DNA from: a virus
DNA length: 64,000 nucleotides
Direction: 5' to 3' (one strand)
Virus record (IMG/VR): IMGVR_UViG_3300050821_018050
Location: 95,806 to 159,805 of that record
In this document: piece after piece, positions 33,278 to 42,949 of the stretch
Position numbering within the stretch: position 1 is the first letter of the stretch
How the letters are laid out: every line of letters begins with the position of its first letter
Position numbers and translations under genes: made by a program
The notes under the pieces: model-generated
The model's database searches: none
Told to the model about the DNA's origin: nothing
What the model saw: only the letters and a program-made list of their open reading frames with translations

Positions 33278-33558
33278 TTTCTTTTTCCTGAATCTAGTAT
33301 AGCACAAAGTCTAATTTTATGCCAGTAAATTAAACCCATTTTTTGAATTAACTGTAATCTGAAATCTTGTAAATCTATGTAACCCATAGCACTAACTTTA
33401 AATGAAATTGACATTGCCTTTAGATAAGTTTTTTCATTAAAATACATCATCATAAGCGTATTTACATCTGAAGGTTTGTGGCCCAAATTCGATCTATTCT
33501 TTGCTATATCGTTTATAAGGTTACGAACTTTATCATTCACGACTCGCTCGCGCTTCAT
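33274..33558 (-). CDS. hypothetical protein
   Basis: ORF track. Confidence 0.6.
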   Translation of the reverse strand: MKRERVVNDKVRNLINDIAKNRSNLGHKPSDVNTLMMMYFNEKTYLKAMSISFKVSAMGYIDLQDFRLQLIQKMGLIYWHKIRLCAILDSGKRK

Positions 33559-34039
33559 GAATAAGCATAATTTTGTATGCCTGCATGGGTTCTAAGTGTT
33601 GCATTAAAATTTTCATCCATTCTCGAATATCAGCATAATGATATTTATAATCTTTATTCATTTTGCCCTGAATGGCTATTCTTATAGGTCTAGGAGCGCA
33701 ATTAATGGCTACACCAATATCGGTGCCACTGATATTTCCAGTCCAATTAGACCAAGAACTTCCTCCTCCACCGCCACCACCTTGAAAAGACATATAGCCA
33801 GATCCGCCACCAGCCCAACCAGATCCGCCACCAGCCCAACCAGATCCGCCACCAGCCCAACCAGCTCCACCTCCTCCGCCAATAACGGTATAAGTTGAGC
33901 CGCCTGTGCCGAAATTGGCAGCCGTATTTGCTCCACCACTGATTACTGGCCCAACTGGATGAATAGCTGGAGTTGGAACCCATGCTGGCTTATTCTGAGT
34001 TTTTTTATTCAGATATTTTTGAATCTTCTTGAACGCCAT
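33533..34039 (-). CDS. protein with Gly/Trp low-complexity region
   Basis: GWAGGGS repeats. Confidence 0.65.
   Translation of the reverse strand: MAFKKIQKYLNKKTQNKPAWVPTPAIHPVGPVISGGANTAANFGTGGSTYTVIGGGGGAGWAGGGSGWAGGGSGWAGGGSGYMSFQGGGGGGGSSWSNWTGNISGTDIGVAINCAPRPIRIAIQGKMNKDYKYHYADIREWMKILMQHLEPMQAYKIMLIHEARASRE
33798..33860. repeat. 3 x 21-bp perfect tandem repeat
   Basis: CCAGATCCGCCACCAGCCCAA x3. Confidence 0.95.
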
Positions 34040-34376
34040 CTACGTATTCCTCATCCATTGAGTTAATGGCAGATTGCACAAATGAGCCTGCCATTGAATT
34101 TTTCATACGAACTTTCATGACTACTTCATCGGATCGAACCATAGGAATTGGATCTATTACCCGCAATCCAACCTTTTCAGATTCGATGGCTCGTCGAGTA
34201 AACCAAACTTTCCCTGTAGATTTTTCGATTAAATAATCCCCGGCTCCTGTGGGAACTCGGAATAGTGGATTATCCTTATTGTGCTCATATTTTTCAACAT
34301 CTACAATGCTTACCTTGTCATCGGCCACTTTATCCAGCATCACTCGGGTAGAATTCTTTTTTTCTTTTTTAAACAT
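34005..34376 (-). CDS. hypothetical protein
   Basis: ORF track; AAGGA RBS. Confidence 0.7.
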   Translation of the reverse strand: MFKKEKKNSTRVMLDKVADDKVSIVDVEKYEHNKDNPLFRVPTGAGDYLIEKSTGKVWFTRRAIESEKVGLRVIDPIPMVRSDEVVMKVRMKNSMAGSFVQSAINSMDEEYVDGVQEDSKISE

Positions 34377-34393
34377 ATTATTCCTTTATATTA

Positions 34394-35059
34394 TCACGCA
34401 GCTTGGGTTTGGTCAACAGTATTTTTGAAAATTGATTTAATCATTGATTTTGGAATACGAATAGTGAATTCAGCTTTGCCCAAGGCTAAGGCCAGATCTT
34501 CAATATTTTTTACATTTCGCCCTTTAGCGCACACGGGGCCAATGCCTATAGCGACAGACTGAGGATCTTTTAATTTAAGGCCGCAGCAAGTACAATTTGA
34601 CACGCGTTTATAGCAAGTCACTACTTTTACGCGAATCGCACCATAATCTTCACCAATGACTTCCAATACTTCTACATTGTGGACCTTCTTTTGAAAACCC
34701 GCCTGGAGACCAAATTTCACTGCCATTGGATGATTCACGGTGATAATATCGCCGACTTCTACATATTTAGAACGAACTTCTTGTTTTTGCACTACAAAAC
34801 CAACGGCTTCGCTCATTTCACCTTGGTTTTGTAAATCGCGCACGGCGTACTGACTAATAATACCATTGGCTGCATGAATTTGATTAGCAGTGAGAGTTTT
34901 CCCTTGATTGATTTGATCGAAAAGACTACGTAAAAAACTTGAACGATTTGAATATTCTGCAATCGCTGGGGCAAGAACAAACATAGATTTAACTAATTCA
35001 GTTGCTTGAGCGATTTTTGCGGCCATAGCTTCTTCAGTCATTGGAATTGAATAATTCAT
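34394..35059 (-). CDS. DUF6011-like Zn-binding protein
   Basis: C..CG..L.DP.S...GIGPVC; AAGGAG RBS. Confidence 0.8.
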   Translation of the reverse strand: MNYSIPMTEEAMAAKIAQATELVKSMFVLAPAIAEYSNRSSFLRSLFDQINQGKTLTANQIHAANGIISQYAVRDLQNQGEMSEAVGFVVQKQEVRSKYVEVGDIITVNHPMAVKFGLQAGFQKKVHNVEVLEVIGEDYGAIRVKVVTCYKRVSNCTCCGLKLKDPQSVAIGIGPVCAKGRNVKNIEDLALALGKAEFTIRIPKSMIKSIFKNTVDQTQAA

Positions 35060-35076
35060 TTTGATCTCCTTTTAAT

Positions 35077-35105
35077 AGGATATCATGCATGACTAAAAAT
35101 GTCAA
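35077..35105 (-). promoter_or_regulatory. sigma70 promoter
   Basis: TTGACA-17 nt-TATCCT with extended TG. Confidence 0.7.
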
Positions 35106-35392
35106 GGTTTATTTTTAATGGTTTCTGATAAACTTTCTAGCATTAACTGGCTCCCTTGAATAAGAGCAGAGGGTTTTGTATACATATCGGCTTCTAATGC
35201 CATCGTCAATTTATCCAGAGTATGCAGCAGGCTTCCCCAGTAAGATGGGTTGGTTTTTGTGCCAGCCCTTGAATAATGCTTAGGATCTCTTAAGAACCCT
35301 GGGCCTAAACGTTTAACAAATTGTGCAGGACTCATATTGTCTTGCGATTTAGCTATTTTCAAAGATTCTTGGAGATGGTTGAATATATTCAT
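35102..35392 (-). CDS. hypothetical protein
   Basis: ORF track. Confidence 0.65.
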   Translation of the reverse strand: MNIFNHLQESLKIAKSQDNMSPAQFVKRLGPGFLRDPKHYSRAGTKTNPSYWGSLLHTLDKLTMALEADMYTKPSALIQGSQLMLESLSETIKNKP

Positions 35393-35617
35393 TTTACAAA
35401 AAGTACCAAATCTAATGCGTTAAATGTTGTAATTTCTCTGCAATCTTCTAAATAAGATGATTGTGACATTTGTCTTCCTTGAACGCATCCACTATAAAAA
35501 GTTTCATGAGCTAAAACGATGGTTTGATTATTTAATCGGTCTATTCGGGCATTATACGTTTTATCGAAAGCCCTCAAGGCTACTAAATTCATCAACAGAA
35601 TACTAAATAGTACAAGC

Positions 35618-35875
35618 TTAGTCTCCACTTGAGCCGCCTTTAATTTCTGTGTATCGATAAAATTTCGCAACAAAATTAATATCTTCTTTAAGCTCATCAT
35701 CGTAGCCATAAAGTTCTCCATACAGATGCATAACAGCAATAATAGGTACGTGTGAGGTTGCTGAATACATTCCCATATTCTTAGATCGATCAAATCCAGG
35801 AGTTTCGCGTTCTTTATCCATAAATTTTTTCATCCACGGTAAATGGCAGTTATATTTTGAAAGATCAATAGTCAT
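35618..35875 (-). CDS. hypothetical protein
   Basis: ORF track. Confidence 0.6.
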   Translation of the reverse strand: MTIDLSKYNCHLPWMKKFMDKERETPGFDRSKNMGMYSATSHVPIIAVMHLYGELYGYDDELKEDINFVAKFYRYTEIKGGSSGD

Positions 35876-36296
35876 CTTTTAGTCCCATTATTTTAAATTG
35901 TTTTGTTATAAGATTAAACTGCATAGGGATTGCTCCGGCACTACACCTGATGTAACTATTTCCACCATCTATAAAATTTTCACCACATTCACAATACACC
36001 ATGACATGCCTATGCGGTGAATAAACATATGTTACACAACTTGTACAGAATATGCCACTGGTTTCTGCTATCGCAATAGCTTCCTTGCCTTCTCTTCCGC
36101 TAATGTGAGTAGGACAAAGCATCACGTATTCTTTGTGGCCTTTAGACCGATCTGGATTTGCCGCATGATAGAATGCCCAAGATTGATCACTTGAATCAAA
36201 TACCTGACCGATATAAGTAAGATCACCTTTAATTTTTTTATTAACCATTTCATGGTCAAATTGGTAATGATTAAAGTGTTTTATTTTGAATACCAC
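35865..36296 (-). CDS. Zn-binding phage protein
   Basis: C..C....S..RH....C.CG...IDGG..Y.R; GTG 6 nt after TGTGGTATAAT. Confidence 0.75.
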   Translation of the reverse strand: MVFKIKHFNHYQFDHEMVNKKIKGDLTYIGQVFDSSDQSWAFYHAANPDRSKGHKEYVMLCPTHISGREGKEAIAIAETSGIFCTSCVTYVYSPHRHVMVYCECGENFIDGGNSYIRCSAGAIPMQFNLITKQFKIMGLKDDY

Positions 36297-36333
36297 GTAA
36301 TAATTATACCACAGAAACTAGTTTCACCAAACC

Positions 36334-36342
36334 CCTAATATT
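36334..36342 (+). promoter_or_regulatory. candidate late promoter motif CCTAATATT
   Basis: Directly upstream of the endonuclease-lysozyme operon. Confidence 0.6.
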
Positions 36343-36347
36343 TTAGT

Positions 36348-37022
36348 ATGCGAAATATTATTCCAATTCCAAAAGAAGACAGATTAACTATATATAACGT
36401 AGATTTAGATTCCGCTAAACGTTATTACGTATATGCTCATATTGATAATAACGGGCATATTTTTTATATTGGCAAAGGTACCGGCAAGCGAGCATTTGAT
36501 GGTAAAAACAGGAATTTTATCTGGCAAAGAATCGCAAAAGAAGGCTTTTCTGTTAACATTATAGCTGATTTTATGAATGAAGAAGATGCCTATCTAACCG
36601 AAATGCATTATATCGATAAAATCGTTCCAAAAGCTAATTTAGCAAAATATGGATTTTGCGGGGCAATAGATCAAACTAACAGAAACCCACGTAAACAGTC
36701 TATTGAATCTAATTTAAAGCGTAAAAAGGCATGCACTGATTTTTGGATAGATAATCCAGAAAGAAGTATTAGAAGCAAAAAATTTACCAAAGAAGGTAAT
36801 CCATTTTTCGGTGCAAAGCATTCCAAAGAGAGTGTAATAAAAATGAAAAAATCGCACTTTTCTCCTATTGTGTGTATAAATTTATTGAATGATGAAGAGT
36901 TTACCGTATCCGGCACTAGAAATGCGGCAGAATTAACTGGAATTCCGCGTCAAACCATAATGAGGCTGTTAAGTAATCCCAATACCAAACAAAAAGTGAA
37001 ATGGAAGTTTAAAAGAATATGA
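36348..37022 (+). mobile_element. GIY-YIG homing endonuclease with NUMOD3 and C-terminal HTH
   Basis: YYVYAH......FYIGKG...R; GNPFFG.KHS.E...KM. Confidence 0.85.
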
Positions 37023-37471
37023 ATAAATTTAATGTATCATTCGATGATACTCAGTTAATTAGAAACTTCGAAGGAGAGCGTTTAGAAGCTTATCCTGACC
37101 CAGCTAGCGGAGGAGATCCGTGGACAATATCATGGGGATTGACCGGTGATTGGGTAGTAGAAGGTCTTGTTATTACTCCAGAAGAATCTGTGCAACGTTT
37201 TATGGCAAGAATCTCTGATATGTGCGATCAGTTAGATAACATTATTACATCTGAAGTAAATAAAAACCAATATATGGCACTTTTATCTTTTGCTTGGAAT
37301 ATCGGCATTAGCAAATTAGCAGGCTCAACTCTCATGAGGAAAGTAAACGCTGGTGATTTTGATGGCGCAGCCGATGAATTCCTTCGATGGAATAAAGCTG
37401 GCGGCCAAGTGATGGCTGGTCTTACCCATAGAAGAACCGCTGAACAGGCATTATTCGAAAAAGAGGCTTAA
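37019..37471 (+). CDS. endolysin, GH24 lysozyme
   Basis: FEG.RL.AY.D......WTI.WG.T; Q..AL.SF..NIG; AADEF.RW.KAGG....GL..RR..E. Confidence 0.92.
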   Translation: MNKFNVSFDDTQLIRNFEGERLEAYPDPASGGDPWTISWGLTGDWVVEGLVITPEESVQRFMARISDMCDQLDNIITSEVNKNQYMALLSFAWNIGISKLAGSTLMRKVNAGDFDGAADEFLRWNKAGGQVMAGLTHRRTAEQALFEKEA

Positions 37472-37472
37472 G

Positions 37473-37751
37473 GTGGACGATTACTACGGCTATTCATATT
37501 CTAATAAGCCGGGAGATCATGACCATAGCAAAACCATACTAAAGCACAAAGACAGAATTAAAGAATTAAAAAACTCTGGATTACTATCTAAAGCTCAGAA
37601 ACAAGAGATCGAAGAACTTGAAAATAAAATAGCAGAAATCAGAAATCGGTGTATACACGATTATCAACCTGTGATTTTAGCCCAGTACCGTAGAAAATAT
37701 TGCACTAAGTGTGACCAAGAAGATTACAATTACGATTATCGCAAAGATTAA
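37473..37751 (+). CDS. hypothetical protein with C.H...C..C Zn site
   Basis: ORF track. Confidence 0.65.
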   Translation: MDDYYGYSYSNKPGDHDHSKTILKHKDRIKELKNSGLLSKAQKQEIEELENKIAEIRNRCIHDYQPVILAQYRRKYCTKCDQEDYNYDYRKD

Positions 37752-38233
37752 GTACCATCGTAGCAAATTTTATCGCGGATCATAGAGAAGCCTAAGATTT
37801 GGCCGTTACGACGAACTAAAAAGGTCACCTTAGTTCCAGGATCTCCTCTAAGATCTGCTTTAGGGCCATCCAGTAATTCATCTCCGGGAAGCATCCCGGC
37901 CTTATGGGCGGGATATCCTGGAACGACTTCAAGTATGGTTCCAAAAACGTCGTGAGTTAACCCAATCCCACCATACCAATATTTACATTTCGGAGATTTT
38001 TTAACTTTTTCTTTTACAGCTACCTTTTTAGCTGGCCCATCGACAACCGTAACTTCCATTTTTTCTGCGGGTTTTGGTAAAATTTTTTCATGGATTTGAG
38101 GGGCGTTTTGACTATTATTTGATTGCCCCTTTTTTGTTGGCATCATGAGGGGATGGTACAAAAATATTAAAGATGCTACAAGCATATGCAAGATACAGCT
38201 TGCAATGATATGCCATCTTAGATATTTTTTCAT
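37748..38233 (-). CDS. membrane-anchored PDZ-domain protein
   Basis: N-terminal TM with SxxxH; YGGIGL...V.PGYPA.KAG..PGD...RG.PGTKV...VRR (S41/CtpA-type PDZ). Confidence 0.85.
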   Translation of the reverse strand: MKKYLRWHIIASCILHMLVASLIFLYHPLMMPTKKGQSNNSQNAPQIHEKILPKPAEKMEVTVVDGPAKKVAVKEKVKKSPKCKYWYGGIGLTHDVFGTILEVVPGYPAHKAGMLPGDELLDGPKADLRGDPGTKVTFLVRRNGQILGFSMIRDKICYDGT

Positions 38234-38925
38234 AGATTGCTGACAGCTCTTAAAAATGTGGTCAATTTTAACAGATCGACATATCCGCCTAGATCGTCTT
38301 GTTCTTCCATATGCCAGGTAACAACGCCAAGAACATGATCTTGCGCATCTACCATTGGACCACCAGAATTTCCAGGAATGGCTACATTATTAAAAACAGG
38401 TGTGTAGCTTGTGTGTCCATCTTTATCGATATCAATTTTGGACCCCAAAAGATTCGCTTCAAACATACTTAAGCCTAACCCTGCCGGGTAGCCATAATAA
38501 CGAATTTTTTCCCATTGGTATACACTTGATAATGGTGCAATATTATAATAACCATCGAATCCTACAGTTTCTAAAGCACAAAGATCTAATTCTACCGAAT
38601 ATGCAATGATTCTGGCAGTCATTGGTTCACGATGGACATAATTACGAACGTAAGCGTATTGTGAAACTTCGCCCAGGCATACGTGATCATTAGTAATAAT
38701 AACCTTTCGTCCATTCCCAAGCAATACTTGGAATCCACTTCCAGCCCAAGTGTGGTCGCCTTTAACCCCTGGTTCAGGCCTATGTTCAACGAAATAAACA
38801 TCTTGTGCTGCCTTATTGAACCAAATCTGTTCTTTAGAGCGGCTGATCTCTGGGGCGTGAGCGCAACTGATCTGCAAGAGCATAAAAGCGAGTACGTAGG
38901 TCCATTTACGAGATACCCTTACCAT
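38230..38925 (-). CDS. trypsin-like (HtrA-type) serine protease, probable lipoprotein
   Basis: GSGF, ITNDHV (His), DLC (Asp), PGNSGGP (Ser); hydrophobic N-terminus ending ISC. Confidence 0.9.
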   Translation of the reverse strand: MVRVSRKWTYVLAFMLLQISCAHAPEISRSKEQIWFNKAAQDVYFVEHRPEPGVKGDHTWAGSGFQVLLGNGRKVIITNDHVCLGEVSQYAYVRNYVHREPMTARIIAYSVELDLCALETVGFDGYYNIAPLSSVYQWEKIRYYGYPAGLGLSMFEANLLGSKIDIDKDGHTSYTPVFNNVAIPGNSGGPMVDAQDHVLGVVTWHMEEQDDLGGYVDLLKLTTFLRAVSNL

Positions 38926-39428
38926 GTTAAACCTGCCGTTAAACCAAATTGTTGATCTTTGAGTAAGGTATATGCGCCAACCGTAATAGGCCCAAACGCC
39001 CTAATGTGAGCCTGTAATCCAAAATTTGTATTTGACATATTACTGAGTTGGGTCCCGGCCATTCCACCAATATAGAATTTACCGGCACCGCTTTCAGTAA
39101 TTTTTTCGGTCATTACTTTTTTTGTTTCGTCTAATACTTTAGAAATTTGATCATCTGTTTCTTTAGTAGAAGTGGACTTGTCTGTAATTTCAGTGATTTT
39201 TGTTTTGGTACCATCTTTTGTGGTGGTTTCAGTAATCTTGATGTTTTTGTCTTTATGAACATCTTGTTTAGTGTCTTTATTTTCAGTCTGTACTTCATGG
39301 ATAACGGTCTGAGTAACGGTTTTGGTTATGGTCTTAGTGGGGACCGAATACCATCCTGCGCCAAACACTACCACAATAAATAATGCAGCCAATATTTTAC
39401 TTAACATACTTTGTAGATTTATAGTCAT
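38919..39428 (-). CDS. envelope protein: N-terminal TM, Thr/Lys-rich stalk, C-terminal amphipathic beta strands ending in Trp
   Basis: ORF track; C-terminus GLTAGLTW. Confidence 0.7.
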   Translation of the reverse strand: MTINLQSMLSKILAALFIVVVFGAGWYSVPTKTITKTVTQTVIHEVQTENKDTKQDVHKDKNIKITETTTKDGTKTKITEITDKSTSTKETDDQISKVLDETKKVMTEKITESGAGKFYIGGMAGTQLSNMSNTNFGLQAHIRAFGPITVGAYTLLKDQQFGLTAGLTW

Positions 39429-39449
39429 AGTATTATGATACCATATATT

Positions 39450-41210
39450 TTAGATTAATCCGTCAGGTTTTTTCTCGGGTGGCATTAATTCTGCTAAGCG
39501 CTGTTCAAATTGCTCTTTAGACTTTGGATCATTCTGCATTTGATCCAGTTTATCCCTAAGATCGTCCATAGATTGCTCCGAGCGTTTGTCTTGAGATTTA
39601 CCAGTCATAGCAGATTCACCTATCCAACGGGCTACTAGATTTTGATCAATATTTTGAGTATAGTTGAACGTCACGGCGGGCAGGAAAATTCCAAATGCCT
39701 GTGATTTAGCCATATTGGTTTTTGATGCGAATACCTTTTCCGTAGCTCCTCCACGATTCTTAGTAATCATGAATCTAATAGTATCTTGAGCTTTATCTTG
39801 AGGCGTTCGATTAATCGATATAACCATGTCGGCAGCTTGTGCAATACCAAAGGCTCCCGCTGTATCGCCCATATCTAGCATACGCCCACCGCCTTGGGTA
39901 CCTTGATTAGTTTTATATCCATCACGATTGGTTTGTACAGGCAAAATGGTATGGTATTTGTGCTGGCTTGCTAAAGCGATAAAATGTTGATAAATCATAG
40001 TTAATTCGTCATGACGTTGGCCATTTTTACCGAATTTTTCAGACCTTAAACGACCTGGATAATCTACAATCACTAAATCGAAACCACCACCAGTTTTACG
40101 TTTTTTATCTTGGATCGCATTATTTAGTAGCCACTGGACATGTTCTAATGTCATTTGGCCAGCTTTATTGTGATGGATGTGAACAATATTTTCAGATGTA
40201 ATTTTTTCCGCACAAGCCATTGCATAGAGAAATGCATACATTTCTGGATCTGCCTTGGCTGCTTCAATTGGGCCACCCAACGCTTTGACTTTTAAACAAA
40301 GTAATTGTATTTCATGGCTGCTTTTATTTAAAATATTTGAAATAATCTTATCGCGTATTTCTTTAGCGTCTTGCTCAAGAGTTACCAGACATACTTGCTT
40401 ATTGAGTAAAGCATTCGCTGCTGCTATGGTACAGATGGTGGTCGTTTTACCGCTATTTACAGTCCCTAATAAAGCCGTTGATCCGCCCGGATTAAACCCC
40501 CCGCGTGTTTGTCTGCTTAATTGCTCACCAATACCAACAATTGAGCTATTGTTATCAAAATATCCCTTAAAGTTGAAATCCTGCCCTTCCGGTATTAAGC
40601 TACCTTCGCTAAGTAATTCATCAAATAAAGGGTGTCCAGTGGTGGTATTGCGATCATTCTTCTCTTGTGCCTGCACAATAAAAGAATCATATATCCCCTT
40701 AAAGTTGCTGCTTACATCTGCCTCATTCTTAAAGCTAAGATCGGCGGCTGCATCATTCATTGAAGTAATATGTGGAATAATCTTCTGATATTCAGAATTA
40801 TTCACCATTTTAGTCAATTTATTGGTATAATCAATAGCAACCAATTTTGCCATCCAACCTTCTAGGTAGGATGCTACGATTGCTAGATCATGGCCACCTT
40901 GTTGAGGGTCCGCCATTCGTTCACATTCAAGTAACTGGTTCTGGTAAGCGAAACTATCTTTTATATTGCCAGAATTAAGCAAATGTGAGTGTACGACGCT
41001 GCGATTTAAAACAACTTCGTTATATCTTTCATTAGAGCAAATATCAAAAATTGCTCGCACAATTTCTGCTAACATACCGGCAAACTGACCAGGTTTTAGC
41101 TTCGTCATGCATTTATCGGTGAATGCGCGATTTTTGAGCATGTGGCCAACGATTGCTGTCGTTGTGGCCTTATCTAGCTCTATACCTGTAGCTGTTGTTA
41201 AGTCAGACAT
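39450..41210 (-). CDS. DnaB-like replicative helicase
   Basis: TG...FD.LL...GG, G.VNSGKTT Walker A, LVIVDY Walker B, Q.NR, A..AD, KNR.G. Confidence 0.9.
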   Translation of the reverse strand: MSDLTTATGIELDKATTTAIVGHMLKNRAFTDKCMTKLKPGQFAGMLAEIVRAIFDICSNERYNEVVLNRSVVHSHLLNSGNIKDSFAYQNQLLECERMADPQQGGHDLAIVASYLEGWMAKLVAIDYTNKLTKMVNNSEYQKIIPHITSMNDAAADLSFKNEADVSSNFKGIYDSFIVQAQEKNDRNTTTGHPLFDELLSEGSLIPEGQDFNFKGYFDNNSSIVGIGEQLSRQTRGGFNPGGSTALLGTVNSGKTTTICTIAAANALLNKQVCLVTLEQDAKEIRDKIISNILNKSSHEIQLLCLKVKALGGPIEAAKADPEMYAFLYAMACAEKITSENIVHIHHNKAGQMTLEHVQWLLNNAIQDKKRKTGGGFDLVIVDYPGRLRSEKFGKNGQRHDELTMIYQHFIALASQHKYHTILPVQTNRDGYKTNQGTQGGGRMLDMGDTAGAFGIAQAADMVISINRTPQDKAQDTIRFMITKNRGGATEKVFASKTNMAKSQAFGIFLPAVTFNYTQNIDQNLVARWIGESAMTGKSQDKRSEQSMDDLRDKLDQMQNDPKSKEQFEQRLAELMPPEKKPDGLI

Positions 41211-41218
41211 GATACCTT

Positions 41219-41938
41219 CTAAACATCAAAATGATTATCGTGATTTTCGGAATCTTTACTCATAAAAAGTTTTTTAGCCGCCTCTATATAATCAATACCA
41301 TATTTTTTGCAATATTTTCTAGCTTTTTTACGAACCTCTTCACTTACGTGCTTAGATGCTGCGTAATAAACTAAATCTCTTTGGTATTTTTTGGGGTCAG
41401 CATCTAGTTTTGCTTTAAGATTAATAAGCATTTGCTCGCGAGATGAGTAATCTTTGCCAAGGCAACGAAACTTTTTTATCTTTTTATCCATTCGATTTTC
41501 ATAGGCTTGGATTAAAACGGTTTCATAAGATGGCGTGGCGGTGGTGAAAAGTTCTTTATTAGTCAATTCGTCAATTTCTGTTCCAATGAATGAAACTCTT
41601 TCGTGGGATTTTTCTTTTCTAGCGAAACATTCCATTAAATAACTGATACGTTGATCTATAAATCTCATCATGAGAGTATAGTTTACGGGCTTGCTTGGAG
41701 ATTTAATCGTGTAATAAACGGCATATACAGAGATAATGCTATAAAGATCAGAGCTATCCAGGCCGATTGCCGTCAAAAATTCACCCGCCATACGTACATT
41801 TTTGCCAACCATATGTTTGATGACTTTTTGAGTTTCTACCAAATTTACGAACGCTTGATCTTCTGGACTGAATCCGTGAGGGAATCCGCTTTCTCTTAAA
41901 TATACTGATTCGAAGTCTTCATCAAAATTAAATCTCAT
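41219..41938 (-). CDS. hypothetical protein between primase and helicase
   Basis: ORF track. Confidence 0.7.
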   Translation of the reverse strand: MRFNFDEDFESVYLRESGFPHGFSPEDQAFVNLVETQKVIKHMVGKNVRMAGEFLTAIGLDSSDLYSIISVYAVYYTIKSPSKPVNYTLMMRFIDQRISYLMECFARKEKSHERVSFIGTEIDELTNKELFTTATPSYETVLIQAYENRMDKKIKKFRCLGKDYSSREQMLINLKAKLDADPKKYQRDLVYYAASKHVSEEVRKKARKYCKKYGIDYIEAAKKLFMSKDSENHDNHFDV

Positions 41939-42906
41939 TATTTCTCCCAGTTGACGATTAAATTATAGTAACCCAATTGTTCTGCGTTGTTAAAAGCTTC
42001 CTGAGCTTCATCTGGTGTGCATTCACCAAAGTCAGCCTTCTTGTCTAATTCTTTGCAACGCAATCTGCAAGATTGCGGAACTCGTAATAAAAAAGTCGGA
42101 ACATCAAAAGATCTAGCTAATTGAGACATTTCTTCGGCGGCGTCGTCGTCCAAAGCAATATAAACCTTTTGCGGATTTTTTGATTTCATCAAAATAATCT
42201 GTTTTTGTGTGATTTCTTTGCCCATGGTAGAAACAAAATTGCCTATTTTTGAAAATTTTAAAGCGTCAAATGGTCCTTCTGCTATGATGATGAATTCGTT
42301 TTCGCGAACTTTATCCCAAAATAAAACTGTTTGATCTCTTCGAAATCCATCGTTGTTGCGAACTTTTAAATACGGGGCAACCGGATCAACTGATCTTCCT
42401 TGGTATCCAACCAGTTTTCCATTTACATAAGCGGGAAAAATTACCCGTCTTTGCGAAAAACAATATTTAATACCATAAATATCGGCTAATTTAGGCTCTA
42501 TGCCTCGTTTTCTTAAGTAAGCACTTCCTTCGTTGTCTGTATCTACTACACTATACGTTTTTTCTGGCAATACAACTTGATTTAGATTTGCTGTATTTAG
42601 TGGATCCCATTCTTCTTGCTGCGTTGATTTCCCGACTTCAAATTTTAATTCTTTGGTGTAATCGGTAGCGTAAATTTGTGATTTAGCTTCTTTGGGTGAG
42701 ATATTCAAAATAGCAGCGACATATTCATGAAATGGACGTACTGACCAGTCGCAAGATCCATGATAGCAAACTGTGGATCCATTTGATTTTAATATAGAAA
42801 ATTTGTCCGCACGATTACAGCCCGGACATTCGGTATAAAGTGTTTTTGATTTTTGGCGGAAATTAATTCCATTTTCCTCCAAAAAATCCAATATTTTGTC
42901 TTCCAA
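41938..42906 (-). CDS. DNA primase (Zn finger + TOPRIM)
   Basis: CP.C...C...C, YL.KRGI, IFP......GYQGR, EG.FDA, ALD.DA. Confidence 0.9.
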   Translation of the reverse strand: MEDKILDFLEENGINFRQKSKTLYTECPGCNRADKFSILKSNGSTVCYHGSCDWSVRPFHEYVAAILNISPKEAKSQIYATDYTKELKFEVGKSTQQEEWDPLNTANLNQVVLPEKTYSVVDTDNEGSAYLRKRGIEPKLADIYGIKYCFSQRRVIFPAYVNGKLVGYQGRSVDPVAPYLKVRNNDGFRRDQTVLFWDKVRENEFIIIAEGPFDALKFSKIGNFVSTMGKEITQKQIILMKSKNPQKVYIALDDDAAEEMSQLARSFDVPTFLLRVPQSCRLRCKELDKKADFGECTPDEAQEAFNNAEQLGYYNLIVNWEK

Positions 42907-42949
42907 TTTGACCTCTGAATAATTACTATAGCTCTTCCTGAGCTATAAG

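Noticed and set aside
40255-40788. Plus-strand track ORFs antisense to helicase, DnaE, RNR, gp46-like, GroEL and array genes, and minus-strand ORFs inside tail genes
   Set aside because: Shadow ORFs fully overlapping well-supported genes, with no RBS or motifs.
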